Shown: positions 1 through 10,489, counted from the whole stretch's first letter. The stretch: DNA of 63,825 bases, filler included, from 7 parts of 7 records of this genome joined end to end with filler, not necessarily neighbours in it; one strand, 5' to 3'. The notes: generated by a model not told the origin, from the letters alone. A program made the numbers and translations.

Positions 1-543
1 AAGTACACTGTTTCCATTGATGTCAACCTCTACAAGGTTTAGCTCATATCCGTCTTCAAGGACAAGTGAAGAACCTGAGAAGAATGAAATTTCATCATCG
101 TGATCAAGTAGAACTTTTGTAAGTATTCCGTCGGACATCAGACTTACATCGTCATCGGCAAACTCCGTGTCATCGGTGTAACCGGCAAAGTATCTCTCTG
201 CCATGAATCCTATAACCTGGTATGAACCCCAGTCATCCTGCTCAAAATCAGTGTTGATAGGAGTGGTGGAATATTCAAGGTCACCTTCTCCTATACTCCT
301 GTCACTGTCGCTGTCAAGTGTGATTGTAAGTGTTTCTGATCCTTCACCGGAATCAAGATCATAGTAAAAACCGGAATAACTAAGCGCTGTCCACGTATAT
401 TCAAGAGACAGACCTTCATCTGCATCCCATATACGGTTTCCCGTACTGTTGTTTGCGGCCATTGCATTGCATGAAAGCATAAGCAATGTCACTACTGCAA
501 CAACAGACAGGTAGTATATACTTTTATTTGTCATATTTTTCAT
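1..543 (-). CDS. Methanosarcinales S-layer protein (DUF1608-type), N-terminal part; runs off the window edge
   Basis: Manual translation, missing from the ORF track: MKNMTNKSIYYLSVVAVVTLLMLSCNAMAANNSTGNRIWDADEGLSLEYTWTALSYSGFYYDLDSGEGSETL...WGSYQVIGFMAERYFAGY. Signal peptide, FYYDLD and FMAERYFAGY S-layer motifs, AGGGG RBS upstream. Confidence 0.85.
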   Translation of the reverse strand, partial: MKNMTNKSIYYLSVVAVVTLLMLSCNAMAANNSTGNRIWDADEGLSLEYTWTALSYSGFYYDLDSGEGSETLTITLDSDSDRSIGEGDLEYSTTPINTDFEQDDWGSYQVIGFMAERYFAGYTDDTEFADDDVSLMSDGILTKVLLDHDDEISFFSGSSLVLEDGYELNLVEVDINGNSVL

Positions 544-729
544 ATGTATCATCCCCTGGTTCCTTAATATAGGAACAAAATTACTTGATTATTAAAATCA
601 CATTATATATTATTGTATCCTATAAAATAAATGAAGTATGTATTTTTATACTGGAATTAAAAAAGTGGTACCTGAAAGCACTAGCTATAGCCATGTAAGT
701 ACTGTTAAAAAATAGATTTTTATTTTTGT

Positions 730-945
730 TTACTTCAGCTTTAAAGACCAGGAATTTCCATTCTTCTCCATGCAGATTTTATCTTCCCTTGCAAGCCACC
801 CGATTGCCATAAAAGTAGACTGGTTGTCAAAACCATTGTCCTTAAGGTGGTTCTTCAGTTTTGCCATGTTAGATTCCCCGTTCTCGAGCAGTTTGTAAAC
901 GTGCCCTGCCGCTTCACCTATGTTCAAACACATTTCGTCCATCAT
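730..945 (-). CDS. DUF2582 small winged helix-turn-helix protein
   Basis: IGEAAGHVYKLL...MAIGWLAREDKI signature; 71 aa. Confidence 0.8.
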   Translation of the reverse strand: MMDEMCLNIGEAAGHVYKLLENGESNMAKLKNHLKDNGFDNQSTFMAIGWLAREDKICMEKNGNSWSLKLK

Positions 946-953
946 ATATCACT

Positions 954-2120
954 TCATATAATATTCTTATAAACGTCAATCGTGTTTTGGGCAACAGTAT
1001 CCCAGCAGAACTTTGTTTCTACAAGGTGCTTGCCATTGTTTCCCATGAGAGGAGTTGAAGAGTCCATACCATCAAGAGCATAATTCAAACCCCATGCTAT
1101 TGATTCAGGGTTTCTGTAACTTATCACTCCATTCTGGAAATTATCAATTAGATTTACGGCATCCGTTGCTATCACTGCCTTATTTGCGTCCCATGATTCG
1201 AGTACGACAATTCCAAAAGGTTCATTCCTGCTCGGGACACAGGTCATATCGCATGCATTTGCCCAATCTTTCAGTACATCATCAGATGAATAACCTAAGA
1301 AGTGACATGCATGACCTATGTTCAGGTCGCTGGCAAGATTTTGGCAGTATTGCCTCATTTCCCCTTCACCTATGAATACGAAGTGTGCTCCCCAGTTCCC
1401 GTCCAGAACCTGAGGAATTGCCTTTACAAGCAAGTCAGGCCCTTTCTGGTAATGCATCCTACCTGTGAAAAGCACCACTGGTGCATACGGATGAATACCA
1501 TAATCTTTTTTTATTGAACCTGGGTCCACATCTTTTTCCATTTTACCGGGACATATCCCGTTTGGAATCACAGATATTTTAGAGTCCGGAATACTATAGA
1601 TATTCTGAACTTCCCTTTTGAAATTCCCAGATGTAATTATAACTTCCGAGCTCTCATATCCGCCAAGCCATTCCGTATATGATACTGCACTGGATGTATC
1701 TGAGCCCAGATCGACGTTCCCGTTACGTCCCCATTCAGTACTATGATATGTCATTACATAAGCTTTTCCAAGCTCATGCTTAATCCTGTTAAGAACGTTT
1801 ACAGGATGCCAGTCATGTCCATGTATTACGTCAAAATCCCCGAATTCTTTTGATACCTGCACAAACCTTGAATACATTGCATCGCACAATTTATTCATTT
1901 GTGCAAGTATATCTCCTGACTGATCAAAATTGCATCTCTGATAGTGTACTCCATTTATCTCATCATAATCCCTGTACCACCCACTCCGGGTAAATACATG
2001 TACTTCATGCCCTGCTTTTACAAGCTGTTCAGACAGTTCGGTTACATGAGGAGCCAGTCCGCCAACTTTTGCAGAGTGTAAACTCTCCCATGAAAACATT
2101 GCGATTCTCAGTGATTCCAT
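954..2120 (-). CDS. GT4/GT-B glycosyltransferase, probable glycogen synthase
   Basis: KVGGL (KxGGL), HGHDWH, PSRNEPFGIVVLE motifs; glycogen cluster context. Confidence 0.85.
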   Translation of the reverse strand: MESLRIAMFSWESLHSAKVGGLAPHVTELSEQLVKAGHEVHVFTRSGWYRDYDEINGVHYQRCNFDQSGDILAQMNKLCDAMYSRFVQVSKEFGDFDVIHGHDWHPVNVLNRIKHELGKAYVMTYHSTEWGRNGNVDLGSDTSSAVSYTEWLGGYESSEVIITSGNFKREVQNIYSIPDSKISVIPNGICPGKMEKDVDPGSIKKDYGIHPYAPVVLFTGRMHYQKGPDLLVKAIPQVLDGNWGAHFVFIGEGEMRQYCQNLASDLNIGHACHFLGYSSDDVLKDWANACDMTCVPSRNEPFGIVVLESWDANKAVIATDAVNLIDNFQNGVISYRNPESIAWGLNYALDGMDSSTPLMGNNGKHLVETKFCWDTVAQNTIDVYKNII

Positions 2121-2203
2121 ATTCCCACATTCAGTAAATTAAATCCCTAAACGTTAATATAAATATCTTTCAAATATAATAAAGATTGCGAATCAATGAA
2201 AAA

Positions 2204-4150
2204 TTATGACAATATATCTTCAAAATAACAGCGTGTAACCTCTGCCACACTCCATGCCTGGGATATGCATCCACCTGGTTTGTAAGGACTGTCACCATCA
2301 AAAACCTCTGATATTAAACCTATACCAGCTTCATCAAAATGACCTTCGATTTCCCTTAATAAATACCTGATTTTACCCTTAATGTCCGGGATATCGCTGT
2401 GCACCTTTCTGTAAGCTGTTACATAAGGTCCGAGAAGCCACGGCCATACAGTTCCATTATGGTAGGCAGCATCTCTATGTTCCGTATTTCCCTCGTACTT
2501 TCCTTTATATTTGTCATCAGCAGGTGACAAAGTTCGTAAACCATAAGGTGTCAGCAACTCCTGAGTGGTCACATCAACAATACTCTTTTCCATATCAGCT
2601 GAAAGCATTGTATGATCCAGGGATACTGCAAATATCTGGTTAGGTCTGAGTGAAGTATCTTTCCACTTTTTTCCTGATGAACCGGAAATGCAGTCATAAA
2701 GACAACCTTTTTTCCCGTTCCAGAACTTCTCAGTGAAACTTTGTTTTGTAAGCTCAGCAAGCTCATAATATCCGGCAACTTCTTTCCCTGTTTGTTCACC
2801 TATCCTGATTGTATGCATAAGGGCGTTGTACCAGAGTGCACTGATCTCACAGGCTTTCCCGTTTCGCGGTGTTATCTCCCAGTCCCCTATTTTTGCATCC
2901 ATCCATGTGAGTTGACCACCATGCTCAATCAGGCCATCATCATCCATCTTTATTCCAAAAGAAGTTCCTGTACGGTAGTTTTCAATTATATCTGTGACAG
3001 TTGGCCAGATCTTTGCTAAAAATTCGGTGTCATCTGTGTAATCCAGGTATTTTCCGGCAGCATGTATGAACCAGAGAGACGCATCCACAGTATTATAAAT
3101 CGGCAAGTCAGATGCATTTTCTGGAAAATTGTTGGGAATGAGTCCGTTCCTGCAATTTGCTGCAAAGGTGGATAGGATGGAACGGGCGTCATCAAATCTT
3201 CCGGTAACCAGTGTTAGCCCGGGCAGTGCAATCATAGTATCCCTTCCCCAGTCTCCGAACCAGTGATAGCCTGCGATTACGGACCTTGATGCAGTGGACT
3301 TTCTTTCAACGATGAATGAATCACCTGCTATTGCCAGTTTTTCTAAGAATGGATCATGTTTAAACTTTTCAGGGACAAGATCCTTTTGCCTTTCTTCTTC
3401 GGCTGTAAACATTTCCCGGACGATCTGCATGTTCCATTTGTTCCCCGGTTCGGTGGATGCAACTATGAAGCAGGAGTTTTCACCATCTTTTAATTCAAGC
3501 TCAAAGAAACCAGGATTTAAATTGTCTTCAGTATATGGATATCCCCTTGAGAGTTCCACTTCATATTCAAAATTGTAATACCAGTGTTCATCTGCCGTGT
3601 AAGGCATATCAGAATAAAGACTAAATGAGGTATCCTGACAGTTAATTTCAGTTCCTGCTTCGTTTGTTTTTTGTGAAAATGCCAGCCAGTTTGCATTGCT
3701 GAGATGATGAACAGACCTGTTATTGACAAGTGGCAATATCTTTAATGTCCCTCTCTGTCCAGCAGGATTACTAATATCATATTTTACAATGGTCGTATTT
3801 TTTCCATGTACCATTAAAAGTTGCTTTTTGATCTTTACATCATTGACGGCATATTCAAAAACAGGATATGTTGCAGCACTAAAATTTTCAAGGAATTTAT
3901 CTCCATTGGGATAGGTAACCCCGGGATACTTGTGGACCGCAAGCTTATGGATATCTTTTCCCAGGATAAGTTCTTCATCAAGAGATGAAAGAAGGACCTT
4001 CCTGTCCACCGGCGGGTTTAACGATGCAACCAGAAGACCGTGGTATTTTCGGGTGTTAGCTCCAATTACCGTGGAAGAGGCGTATCCACCCAGACCATTT
4101 GTTACGATCCATTCCCTGGATGTCACGGAAGCAAAGTCTGTATAGTTCAT
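2204..4150 (-). CDS. Glycogen debranching enzyme (amylo-alpha-1,6-glucosidase, archaeal type)
   Basis: EWIVTNGLGGY, AGYHWFGDWGRDTMI, LTWMDA, YHNGTVWPWL, QAWSVAE. Confidence 0.92.
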   Translation of the reverse strand: MNYTDFASVTSREWIVTNGLGGYASSTVIGANTRKYHGLLVASLNPPVDRKVLLSSLDEELILGKDIHKLAVHKYPGVTYPNGDKFLENFSAATYPVFEYAVNDVKIKKQLLMVHGKNTTIVKYDISNPAGQRGTLKILPLVNNRSVHHLSNANWLAFSQKTNEAGTEINCQDTSFSLYSDMPYTADEHWYYNFEYEVELSRGYPYTEDNLNPGFFELELKDGENSCFIVASTEPGNKWNMQIVREMFTAEEERQKDLVPEKFKHDPFLEKLAIAGDSFIVERKSTASRSVIAGYHWFGDWGRDTMIALPGLTLVTGRFDDARSILSTFAANCRNGLIPNNFPENASDLPIYNTVDASLWFIHAAGKYLDYTDDTEFLAKIWPTVTDIIENYRTGTSFGIKMDDDGLIEHGGQLTWMDAKIGDWEITPRNGKACEISALWYNALMHTIRIGEQTGKEVAGYYELAELTKQSFTEKFWNGKKGCLYDCISGSSGKKWKDTSLRPNQIFAVSLDHTMLSADMEKSIVDVTTQELLTPYGLRTLSPADDKYKGKYEGNTEHRDAAYHNGTVWPWLLGPYVTAYRKVHSDIPDIKGKIRYLLREIEGHFDEAGIGLISEVFDGDSPYKPGGCISQAWSVAEVTRCYFEDILS

Positions 4151-4180
4151 GAATTGGTACTGATATTTGAAGTTCTAATT

Positions 4181-6160
4181 TCATAATTCGTGTTTGGCAG
4201 ACAAATTTTTCTGGAGCTCATCCAGCAACATTATATTGTCCAGCATCAGGGCACAACTCCAACTAAGAGGTATTGCCCATGCTGGCCTTCCAGTATATTT
4301 GTTGACCTGCTCGGGAAGCATCCCGGCTCCTGTTGTCCCTTTAAGAGACCATTTGATATATTTAAACGCATCATTGATAAGTATCTTCAGCTCATCTTTA
4401 TCGCTATTATCTTTATCAATTGTAAGTGCCAGTTCAAGCAATGCCTTTGAAAGCCACAGGGTAGTGACTATCCAGGGGTTTCCATCGATATAAGTGTCAT
4501 CCACATATCTCTTGATTCCGAAATAGTCGTTGACAGGTACCCTGAGATAATGTTCAATGTTTTTTATAATGGACTTGATCATTTTCCTCTCCTTCATATT
4601 TTCCGGAGAAAGCATATTAAAGGGAACAAAGGTACCGATAATGCTTGCATCAATGGCCGTATCGAGATTTCCATGGGACAGTCCTCGAGCAAAGTATCCT
4701 TCTTCGAGCCAGAATTTTTCAATCGTTGTTTCCTTGATAAGTTCAGCCCTTTTGGTCCATCTTTCAGCAAGGCCTTTTTCGTTGTAGTCAAGTGCCATGT
4801 TTGCCGCCCCTTTGAGTCCTGCATATATGGCAGCATTGGTGTAAGTGAAAACACCCGAATGTGTTTCCCATAAACAGAGGCATTTTTCATGAAGACCAGT
4901 ATTTGTCCTTCTCATTAGATATTCCGCTGCACACAGCACCGTTGCCCACATACTGTCAAGAAATTCCGCTTTTATGGGTTGTTTCAGGGTTCGGTAATAG
5001 CTGTCCATTGCAAAAATAGTGGTTCCGGTCTCGTCTATCTGGGTTGAGGAGCTGAAGTTACCCCATGATGGAGCTGTATTCCCGTCAAGCCAGTAGCGTT
5101 GGAACCAAGAGCCATCCTGTAGTTGGGTCCCTTTACACCATTTGAAAAACCGGGGACAGTATTCCGGATATCCTGCTTCCATGAGTGATGTAACTATCTC
5201 GGCAGAATCCCTGTGCCAGCAGTATCCATACCCGCCACTCATCTCAAATTCATGATCAAATTCCGGTGCAGCTATAAATGAACCTTTACCAGGGTCGTTA
5301 AGTATGCTTAAAGCCAGCAGGGAACGGGTGAATGCATTTTGTAGTTCCAGCCTGAAAGGTTCAAAACCAGGGTATTCAGGTAGTTCAAGAACTCTCTTTT
5401 TAGAGAGCCATTTCATCCATTTTTCCTGTGTTTCATTATACATCCTTTCAACCGGTTCATTCTGTACCTCACGCATCCTTCTGTAAAGTGCGGGTCTTCT
5501 TGAAGCCGCACCAATAAAAACAGTAAATTCTGCCGGTTTTGAAACCTCTATATCCAGATCCCATCCCACAGCACAATTAAGATTACCTATATCTTCATTG
5601 TTCCTCTGGAGGTTACCGTCTTCCATATCATATTTGGCATTTGTCCACCAGATAGTGTCCATTGCCTTGCCCACCTGCCACTGCTCAAACGCAGGATCGG
5701 CACTGATCCCTATGTAATAATTTTTCCAGTACTGGGCCAGAAGTCCCGAATCATAATCGCAGAACGCTGAGTTTTTCTTCTTCATTTCCCCAACCTGGAG
5801 ATTTGAATAGTAGAAGAACTTTCCATGAAAACTCTTCTTTGAGCTGATTTTGTAATTACGGACCAATACAGGAAGTCTTGGATGGACAAAATCAGTTATA
5901 TCCATGCTAAGTCCGTCAGGATGGGTAAGCCTGGTCAGGACTATATTTGTATTGTCAAGGTATTTCTGATCGGCTGACCATTCCCTGGCATTTGACCATA
6001 TGAGATTTTTTCCGTCATGGATGCAGGCTTGTGATTCTTCAATGTGCTGGGCAAAATCCTTTCCCGGATAATAGTAACCAAATATCTCACCTTTTTTACC
6101 CATGGTTACCAATAGCCTGTCGTTACCAAGGATTGAATTGGGCTGACGTATCAATTTCAT
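4181..6160 (-). CDS. GH15 glucoamylase / oligosaccharide amylase
   Basis: YGYCWHRD, QIDETG, LWE, LPEQV...PLSWS motifs. Confidence 0.9.
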   Translation of the reverse strand: MKLIRQPNSILGNDRLLVTMGKKGEIFGYYYPGKDFAQHIEESQACIHDGKNLIWSNAREWSADQKYLDNTNIVLTRLTHPDGLSMDITDFVHPRLPVLVRNYKISSKKSFHGKFFYYSNLQVGEMKKKNSAFCDYDSGLLAQYWKNYYIGISADPAFEQWQVGKAMDTIWWTNAKYDMEDGNLQRNNEDIGNLNCAVGWDLDIEVSKPAEFTVFIGAASRRPALYRRMREVQNEPVERMYNETQEKWMKWLSKKRVLELPEYPGFEPFRLELQNAFTRSLLALSILNDPGKGSFIAAPEFDHEFEMSGGYGYCWHRDSAEIVTSLMEAGYPEYCPRFFKWCKGTQLQDGSWFQRYWLDGNTAPSWGNFSSSTQIDETGTTIFAMDSYYRTLKQPIKAEFLDSMWATVLCAAEYLMRRTNTGLHEKCLCLWETHSGVFTYTNAAIYAGLKGAANMALDYNEKGLAERWTKRAELIKETTIEKFWLEEGYFARGLSHGNLDTAIDASIIGTFVPFNMLSPENMKERKMIKSIIKNIEHYLRVPVNDYFGIKRYVDDTYIDGNPWIVTTLWLSKALLELALTIDKDNSDKDELKILINDAFKYIKWSLKGTTGAGMLPEQVNKYTGRPAWAIPLSWSCALMLDNIMLLDELQKNLSAKHEL

Positions 6161-6969
6161 TCTCCCCTGAGAAGGTGCTCTATTTTAACTCCCTTGGGAG
6201 CAGGCAAAATAATGTGCTCACAGAACATGTCACCCATGCTTTTGCATCTTGTTTCCCTGACCTGGACTGTCCTGCCAAGGGATTCTGAAATGTAACCTGC
6301 AAGAAAACCACTTATGTATCCGCATACAGGAACATCGCTGTCTGTGTACTCATCTGCAATGAATGAATCGACCATCCTTACACTTCCTTTCAGCTCGGCT
6401 GTGTTAATATCATAGTCAAGTAGCCCCCAGCCGGCAGCCATGAGTAACTCCTTTAGATGATCCAGGAAGTTACTTTCATCAAAATCAGTTATTTCCCTGA
6501 GATAATGTGCAGCTCCCTCACCATTCTTAAGTCCTACTATTGTCAAAAGTCCTTCAGACTGAGGTACGTTCTCATTAAGAACATTAAGCATGTTCACGAA
6601 AGTTTTTGCCCTGATAATAACGGCCCGGTCCCCCAGAATATTCAGGGGGAAATCTACTGACTGGATCACCCTGTTCTTTGAAAAGCCCCATTCAAGGTCA
6701 AGGACTGTATCCATCTTTTTCAATTCATCAGCGACAGTTTTGATATCCCTGTTCTTTTCAACTTCAGTGAACATGACATATTTACCTCTGGTGGGATCTT
6801 CCGAACAGTCCAGATAAGCAAACCTGATATCAAGTTCTTTCTCTGCAAAGAAGGATGTTATATCTGCTTCAGAATGCACTGTGTTCTCATAGATGATCTT
6901 GAACCAAACAACATCTGCTTCCTTATTCACCCTGGAGAACATGTAAAGGTCTCTTACCATATTATACAA
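6157..6969 (-). CDS. ACT-like plus V4R domain small-ligand-binding protein
   Basis: C-terminal GWG...VCGYISGFLAG...ETRCKSMGDMFCEH V4R pattern; ACT-like N-terminus; ATGA overlap with GH15. Confidence 0.75.
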   Translation of the reverse strand: MYNMVRDLYMFSRVNKEADVVWFKIIYENTVHSEADITSFFAEKELDIRFAYLDCSEDPTRGKYVMFTEVEKNRDIKTVADELKKMDTVLDLEWGFSKNRVIQSVDFPLNILGDRAVIIRAKTFVNMLNVLNENVPQSEGLLTIVGLKNGEGAAHYLREITDFDESNFLDHLKELLMAAGWGLLDYDINTAELKGSVRMVDSFIADEYTDSDVPVCGYISGFLAGYISESLGRTVQVRETRCKSMGDMFCEHIILPAPKGVKIEHLLRGE

Positions 6970-7007
6970 AACTCCCTCAAGATAATATGACCTTAAGCAA
7001 TATATTA

Positions 7008-8204
7008 TTATTCTGTTGATTTAAGTGTCCTGAATACGTGAGCTTTAAAATCCATCACTGCTGCCATAAAATTAACAGCTGCATCATATGGGCTCTCATG
7101 TATACTGAAATATGAATGCACGTCCCCGTCACCTAACCACTTTGTGCTCATGTAATAGTAATGGTCTGATGTGAGCAGGTGTTTCCATATCCTGAGAAGT
7201 TCTATATCTTTTGTCTTTTTTACATAACTTTCCAGTATCTTCATTTCTTCGAAGCAGCGTCTTTGCATATCATTCCCAAGCCATGCACTGGTGTCTCTTT
7301 CGATATCAGCCCATGATATTGTTGAGAAATCACCTACATCAATCTCCCCTGATGGTTTATAGGCCTCGATAGTCTGGGCGGGAGTAAGGAAGCGCATTCC
7401 TCTGTCCATCACCTCTCCCGGAAGTGCCATGAGAAAATCAAATATCCCTGTATCCTTCCACTGATGCTCACCAAATGTCTCGTAGTCCATGAAGATGTTC
7501 AGGGTTTCGCCATTGTTCCCGGAAGCCCAGTCTGCCCACTTGTTTGCAGTAAGCGGATACTCTTCCCACCACTGAGACGAAAAACGATATCCTATATCGT
7601 CACTCAATTTGTAATTTCGAAGAAGTACTGCTATGTCGGAACCCTTTGCCCTGTACACATGGTCAGGTGAGCGTCCTCCAAGAATACGTTCAATACCTTC
7701 AGTTAGTATTGCTTTGTATCCCATCTGAGAGGCAACATGTGCAATACTGTTATTGTAAAGCATTTCAGTGTTCCTGAATACCTGCGGAGTGACACCTAGA
7801 AGTTCGGACATAAGATCGCGGTGCTCTTTAACCTCATCCATGAATTCTTCTTTTGATTCAAAAAGGGATGCAAGTGAATGGTAGCAGGTTTCATCCACAA
7901 ACTCAATACAACCTGTTTGTGCAAGGTCACAGAAGGAATCAAGTACATCTTCTCCCCATTCCTGGCATTGCTCGAGCAGGGTGCCGGTGACTGACATGCT
8001 GGCCCTGAACTTCCCTTCGGTGCTGTCTGTAAGTTCCAGCAGGGTCCTGTTAGTTGGAAGATAACATTTTCCTGCAACTTTCAGGAATATCTCTTTGTTC
8101 ACAGCTTCATCAAAATACCTGTCAAATCCCTGTTTGCTGTCCGGCCAGAACCACCTGAGTCTGTATGGCTGGTGTACCTCGAAGAAAGGACAAATAGAAT
8201 TCAC
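7008..8204 (-). CDS. GH57 alpha-amylase
   Basis: EVHQPYR, FRNTE (nucleophile Glu), MDYETFGEH (acid/base Asp), SDHYYYM. Confidence 0.9.
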   Translation of the reverse strand: MNSICPFFEVHQPYRLRWFWPDSKQGFDRYFDEAVNKEIFLKVAGKCYLPTNRTLLELTDSTEGKFRASMSVTGTLLEQCQEWGEDVLDSFCDLAQTGCIEFVDETCYHSLASLFESKEEFMDEVKEHRDLMSELLGVTPQVFRNTEMLYNNSIAHVASQMGYKAILTEGIERILGGRSPDHVYRAKGSDIAVLLRNYKLSDDIGYRFSSQWWEEYPLTANKWADWASGNNGETLNIFMDYETFGEHQWKDTGIFDFLMALPGEVMDRGMRFLTPAQTIEAYKPSGEIDVGDFSTISWADIERDTSAWLGNDMQRRCFEEMKILESYVKKTKDIELLRIWKHLLTSDHYYYMSTKWLGDGDVHSYFSIHESPYDAAVNFMAAVMDFKAHVFRTLKSTE

Positions 8205-9340
8205 TTTTTTGCCTCCATGCTTATTGCACGCTCGATATCGGAAAGTATTGAAAGGTCATTCACAGCCCTCTCATATCCAAGCCGTCTTTCTTCTGAGTTC
8301 ATCTCAAGGAATATCTCACTTTGTTGGAGGTAACGGAATATTTTGAGCAATTCATTTTTCTTTTCAGCATCTTCAATTTTCCCGAGTTTATTCCCGATAT
8401 CAACTATCTCATGCATGAAAAGATGCTGTGCATGGTTTCCCAGCAGGTTATGCATTCCATAACGTGCTGTCATCTTAGATTCCAGGGCTGGTAGCTCAGT
8501 CCTTTTGAACATATTAACTGCTTCTTCCGCAAGTACCATCTTTATCCCGTGTTTCTTCAGGCTCAGTGGAATATCCCTGAGGAATTTTAATATCTCTTTG
8601 TTGTTTTGCAGATGAGTGTTAATTGCATCGTATTTTACGTAAAGTGTAATAACATCTCCTTCCATGCTTGCTATCCAGGATGCAAATTTGTCTGCTATAA
8701 GAGGATAACCCTTCCATGCCCTGTCAGAAAATTTAATCTCCAGATCCTCACTCAGGTTTATATGACGTAGCAATGTAGGAACTGAATTGTCGTACACATG
8801 CATTGGATCATATCCATTCATTATGTTGTGGGACCCTTCTGATATAAAGCATTCAAATCCCATGCCCTTAAGAACTTTCAATGCCCTTTTTTCAAAAAGA
8901 AGCTCAGTATTGACAAATGTCTTTGCTTCCCTGCCAAATATTTCCTTTATCATTTTAACATCCATTTCCACCTGTTCCCTGAACTCTTCTAAATCAGGGA
9001 ACATAGAGCTGACTGAATGATAATAAGGCGAGGCTGCAAATGATATACTATTCTGGTCAAGTTCCTTAAATCCCTGGATTACCTCAGGTGACCATTTACA
9101 TTGCTCAAGGAATACCCCCGATACATCCAGAGTGTACTTCCCTCCGTTCTTAATTGATTCTGACAGTGTTTCATTGAGTGTTTCCACGTTCTCTGCAAGC
9201 TTTGAAAAATTGTGGAATGCTTTTTCCATATCAAAGTACTTCTCTATGTGTACGTCCCCGTATCCTTCCCGTGGCCAGTACCAGCGCAGGGGGAAAGGTA
9301 GATGTACTTCAAAACAAACACAGACAGCTTTCATGTTCAA
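8201..9340 (-). CDS. GH57-family paralogue with a degenerate active site
   Basis: EVHLP and FVNTE kept; DYETFGEH replaced by KYDAINTH; 4-nt overlap with the intact GH57. Confidence 0.8.
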   Translation of the reverse strand: MNMKAVCVCFEVHLPFPLRWYWPREGYGDVHIEKYFDMEKAFHNFSKLAENVETLNETLSESIKNGGKYTLDVSGVFLEQCKWSPEVIQGFKELDQNSISFAASPYYHSVSSMFPDLEEFREQVEMDVKMIKEIFGREAKTFVNTELLFEKRALKVLKGMGFECFISEGSHNIMNGYDPMHVYDNSVPTLLRHINLSEDLEIKFSDRAWKGYPLIADKFASWIASMEGDVITLYVKYDAINTHLQNNKEILKFLRDIPLSLKKHGIKMVLAEEAVNMFKRTELPALESKMTARYGMHNLLGNHAQHLFMHEIVDIGNKLGKIEDAEKKNELLKIFRYLQQSEIFLEMNSEERRLGYERAVNDLSILSDIERAISMEAKK

Positions 9341-9358
9341 TCTATTTCCTGTTGAATT

Positions 9359-10213
9359 TTACTTAGTAGTTCCATGATCTTCAGCAAGATTCCTTGTATT
9401 AAGGTCACTTGCAAACCAGACAGTCCTCTGTGGGAAGGCTATCTCTATTCCATTCTCTTCAAGTGTCTTCTTGATGATCCAGAGAAGTTTCATCTTCAGA
9501 TCATACCATTGGGTTGCAGGAGCCCATACTCGTACAATGATGTTAACAGCATTATCTCCCAGATTATCAACAAAAACACTTGGTGAGGGATTAACAAGTG
9601 CATATGGCTCATCACTGATTAGATCTTTGATTATTTTTATGGCCTCATCGGCATCATCTTCGTAACGGATGCCAACAACATACTCGAATCTTCTGGCCAG
9701 ATTTGCCACGTAGTTTGTTATACTTGTTGTAAAAACGGTCTCATTGGGTAACCTGATGTAGAGTCCTTCATAGGTTCGGATGATGGTCGATATTATCTTT
9801 ATATCCTCCACATAGCCCAGCTTGTTGTCGATATTGACCTGATCCCCTATCTTTATAGGTCGCTCGATCATCAGGAAGACTCCGGATACAAAATTACCTA
9901 CAATGCTCTGGCTGGCAAAACCAAGAACTATACCCACAACACCACCGGCAACAAGGAGTCCGGATGTATCGATCTCAAAAGCCGGGAAAATAACCCCGAG
10001 TATAACAAACACTATCAGACCATAATAGATAACCTTGAGCAAAATATTCAGGTGCTCTTTATCCATCTTGTCCTTCAGTGTTCTCTGCATGTAAATGGTG
10101 ATGCCTTTGCCAAGGACCATGGTTAAGAACAGTATCAGTATGATGGTAACTATCTGTAGAAAAGGATCAGAAAGTGGTGGAATATACTGCATAATGAAGG
10201 TGCTGTTGCTCAT
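9359..10213 (-). CDS. mscS: Small-conductance mechanosensitive channel
   Basis: Three TM helices, GFASQSIVGNFVSG, ERPIKIGD, GIEIAFPQR. Confidence 0.9.
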   Translation of the reverse strand: MSNSTFIMQYIPPLSDPFLQIVTIILILFLTMVLGKGITIYMQRTLKDKMDKEHLNILLKVIYYGLIVFVILGVIFPAFEIDTSGLLVAGGVVGIVLGFASQSIVGNFVSGVFLMIERPIKIGDQVNIDNKLGYVEDIKIISTIIRTYEGLYIRLPNETVFTTSITNYVANLARRFEYVVGIRYEDDADEAIKIIKDLISDEPYALVNPSPSVFVDNLGDNAVNIIVRVWAPATQWYDLKMKLLWIIKKTLEENGIEIAFPQRTVWFASDLNTRNLAEDHGTTK

Positions 10214-10489
10214 AGCCCGAACTCCATTATTCCCTTTGTTCCGGTTATTGTCAGTTTACGTGCAGTATAGAGTTCTGTGGATCTTTTAAACCTTGAAGTT
10301 GTGGGATATGTGCTAAAATCCGTTTCAGCCAGAAGTTTGTTTATAATCCTCATGGACGCTTTCATACCAATCCTTTTGTCACCATAGTATATCTTCATCC
10401 CATATGCATTGAAAACAACCTGCGTGATTTCCATCATGTAGTTGGAATCGTTGATCAGATCCAGCTCGATAAATCCTTCGTACAAAATA
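10210..10489 (-). CDS. DUF432-family protein, C-terminal fragment (5' end cut by the contig break)
   Basis: YEG.IEL...VFNAYGMKIYY motif; DUF432 recalled as an archaeal neighbour of mscS; frame is open to the break. Confidence 0.6.
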
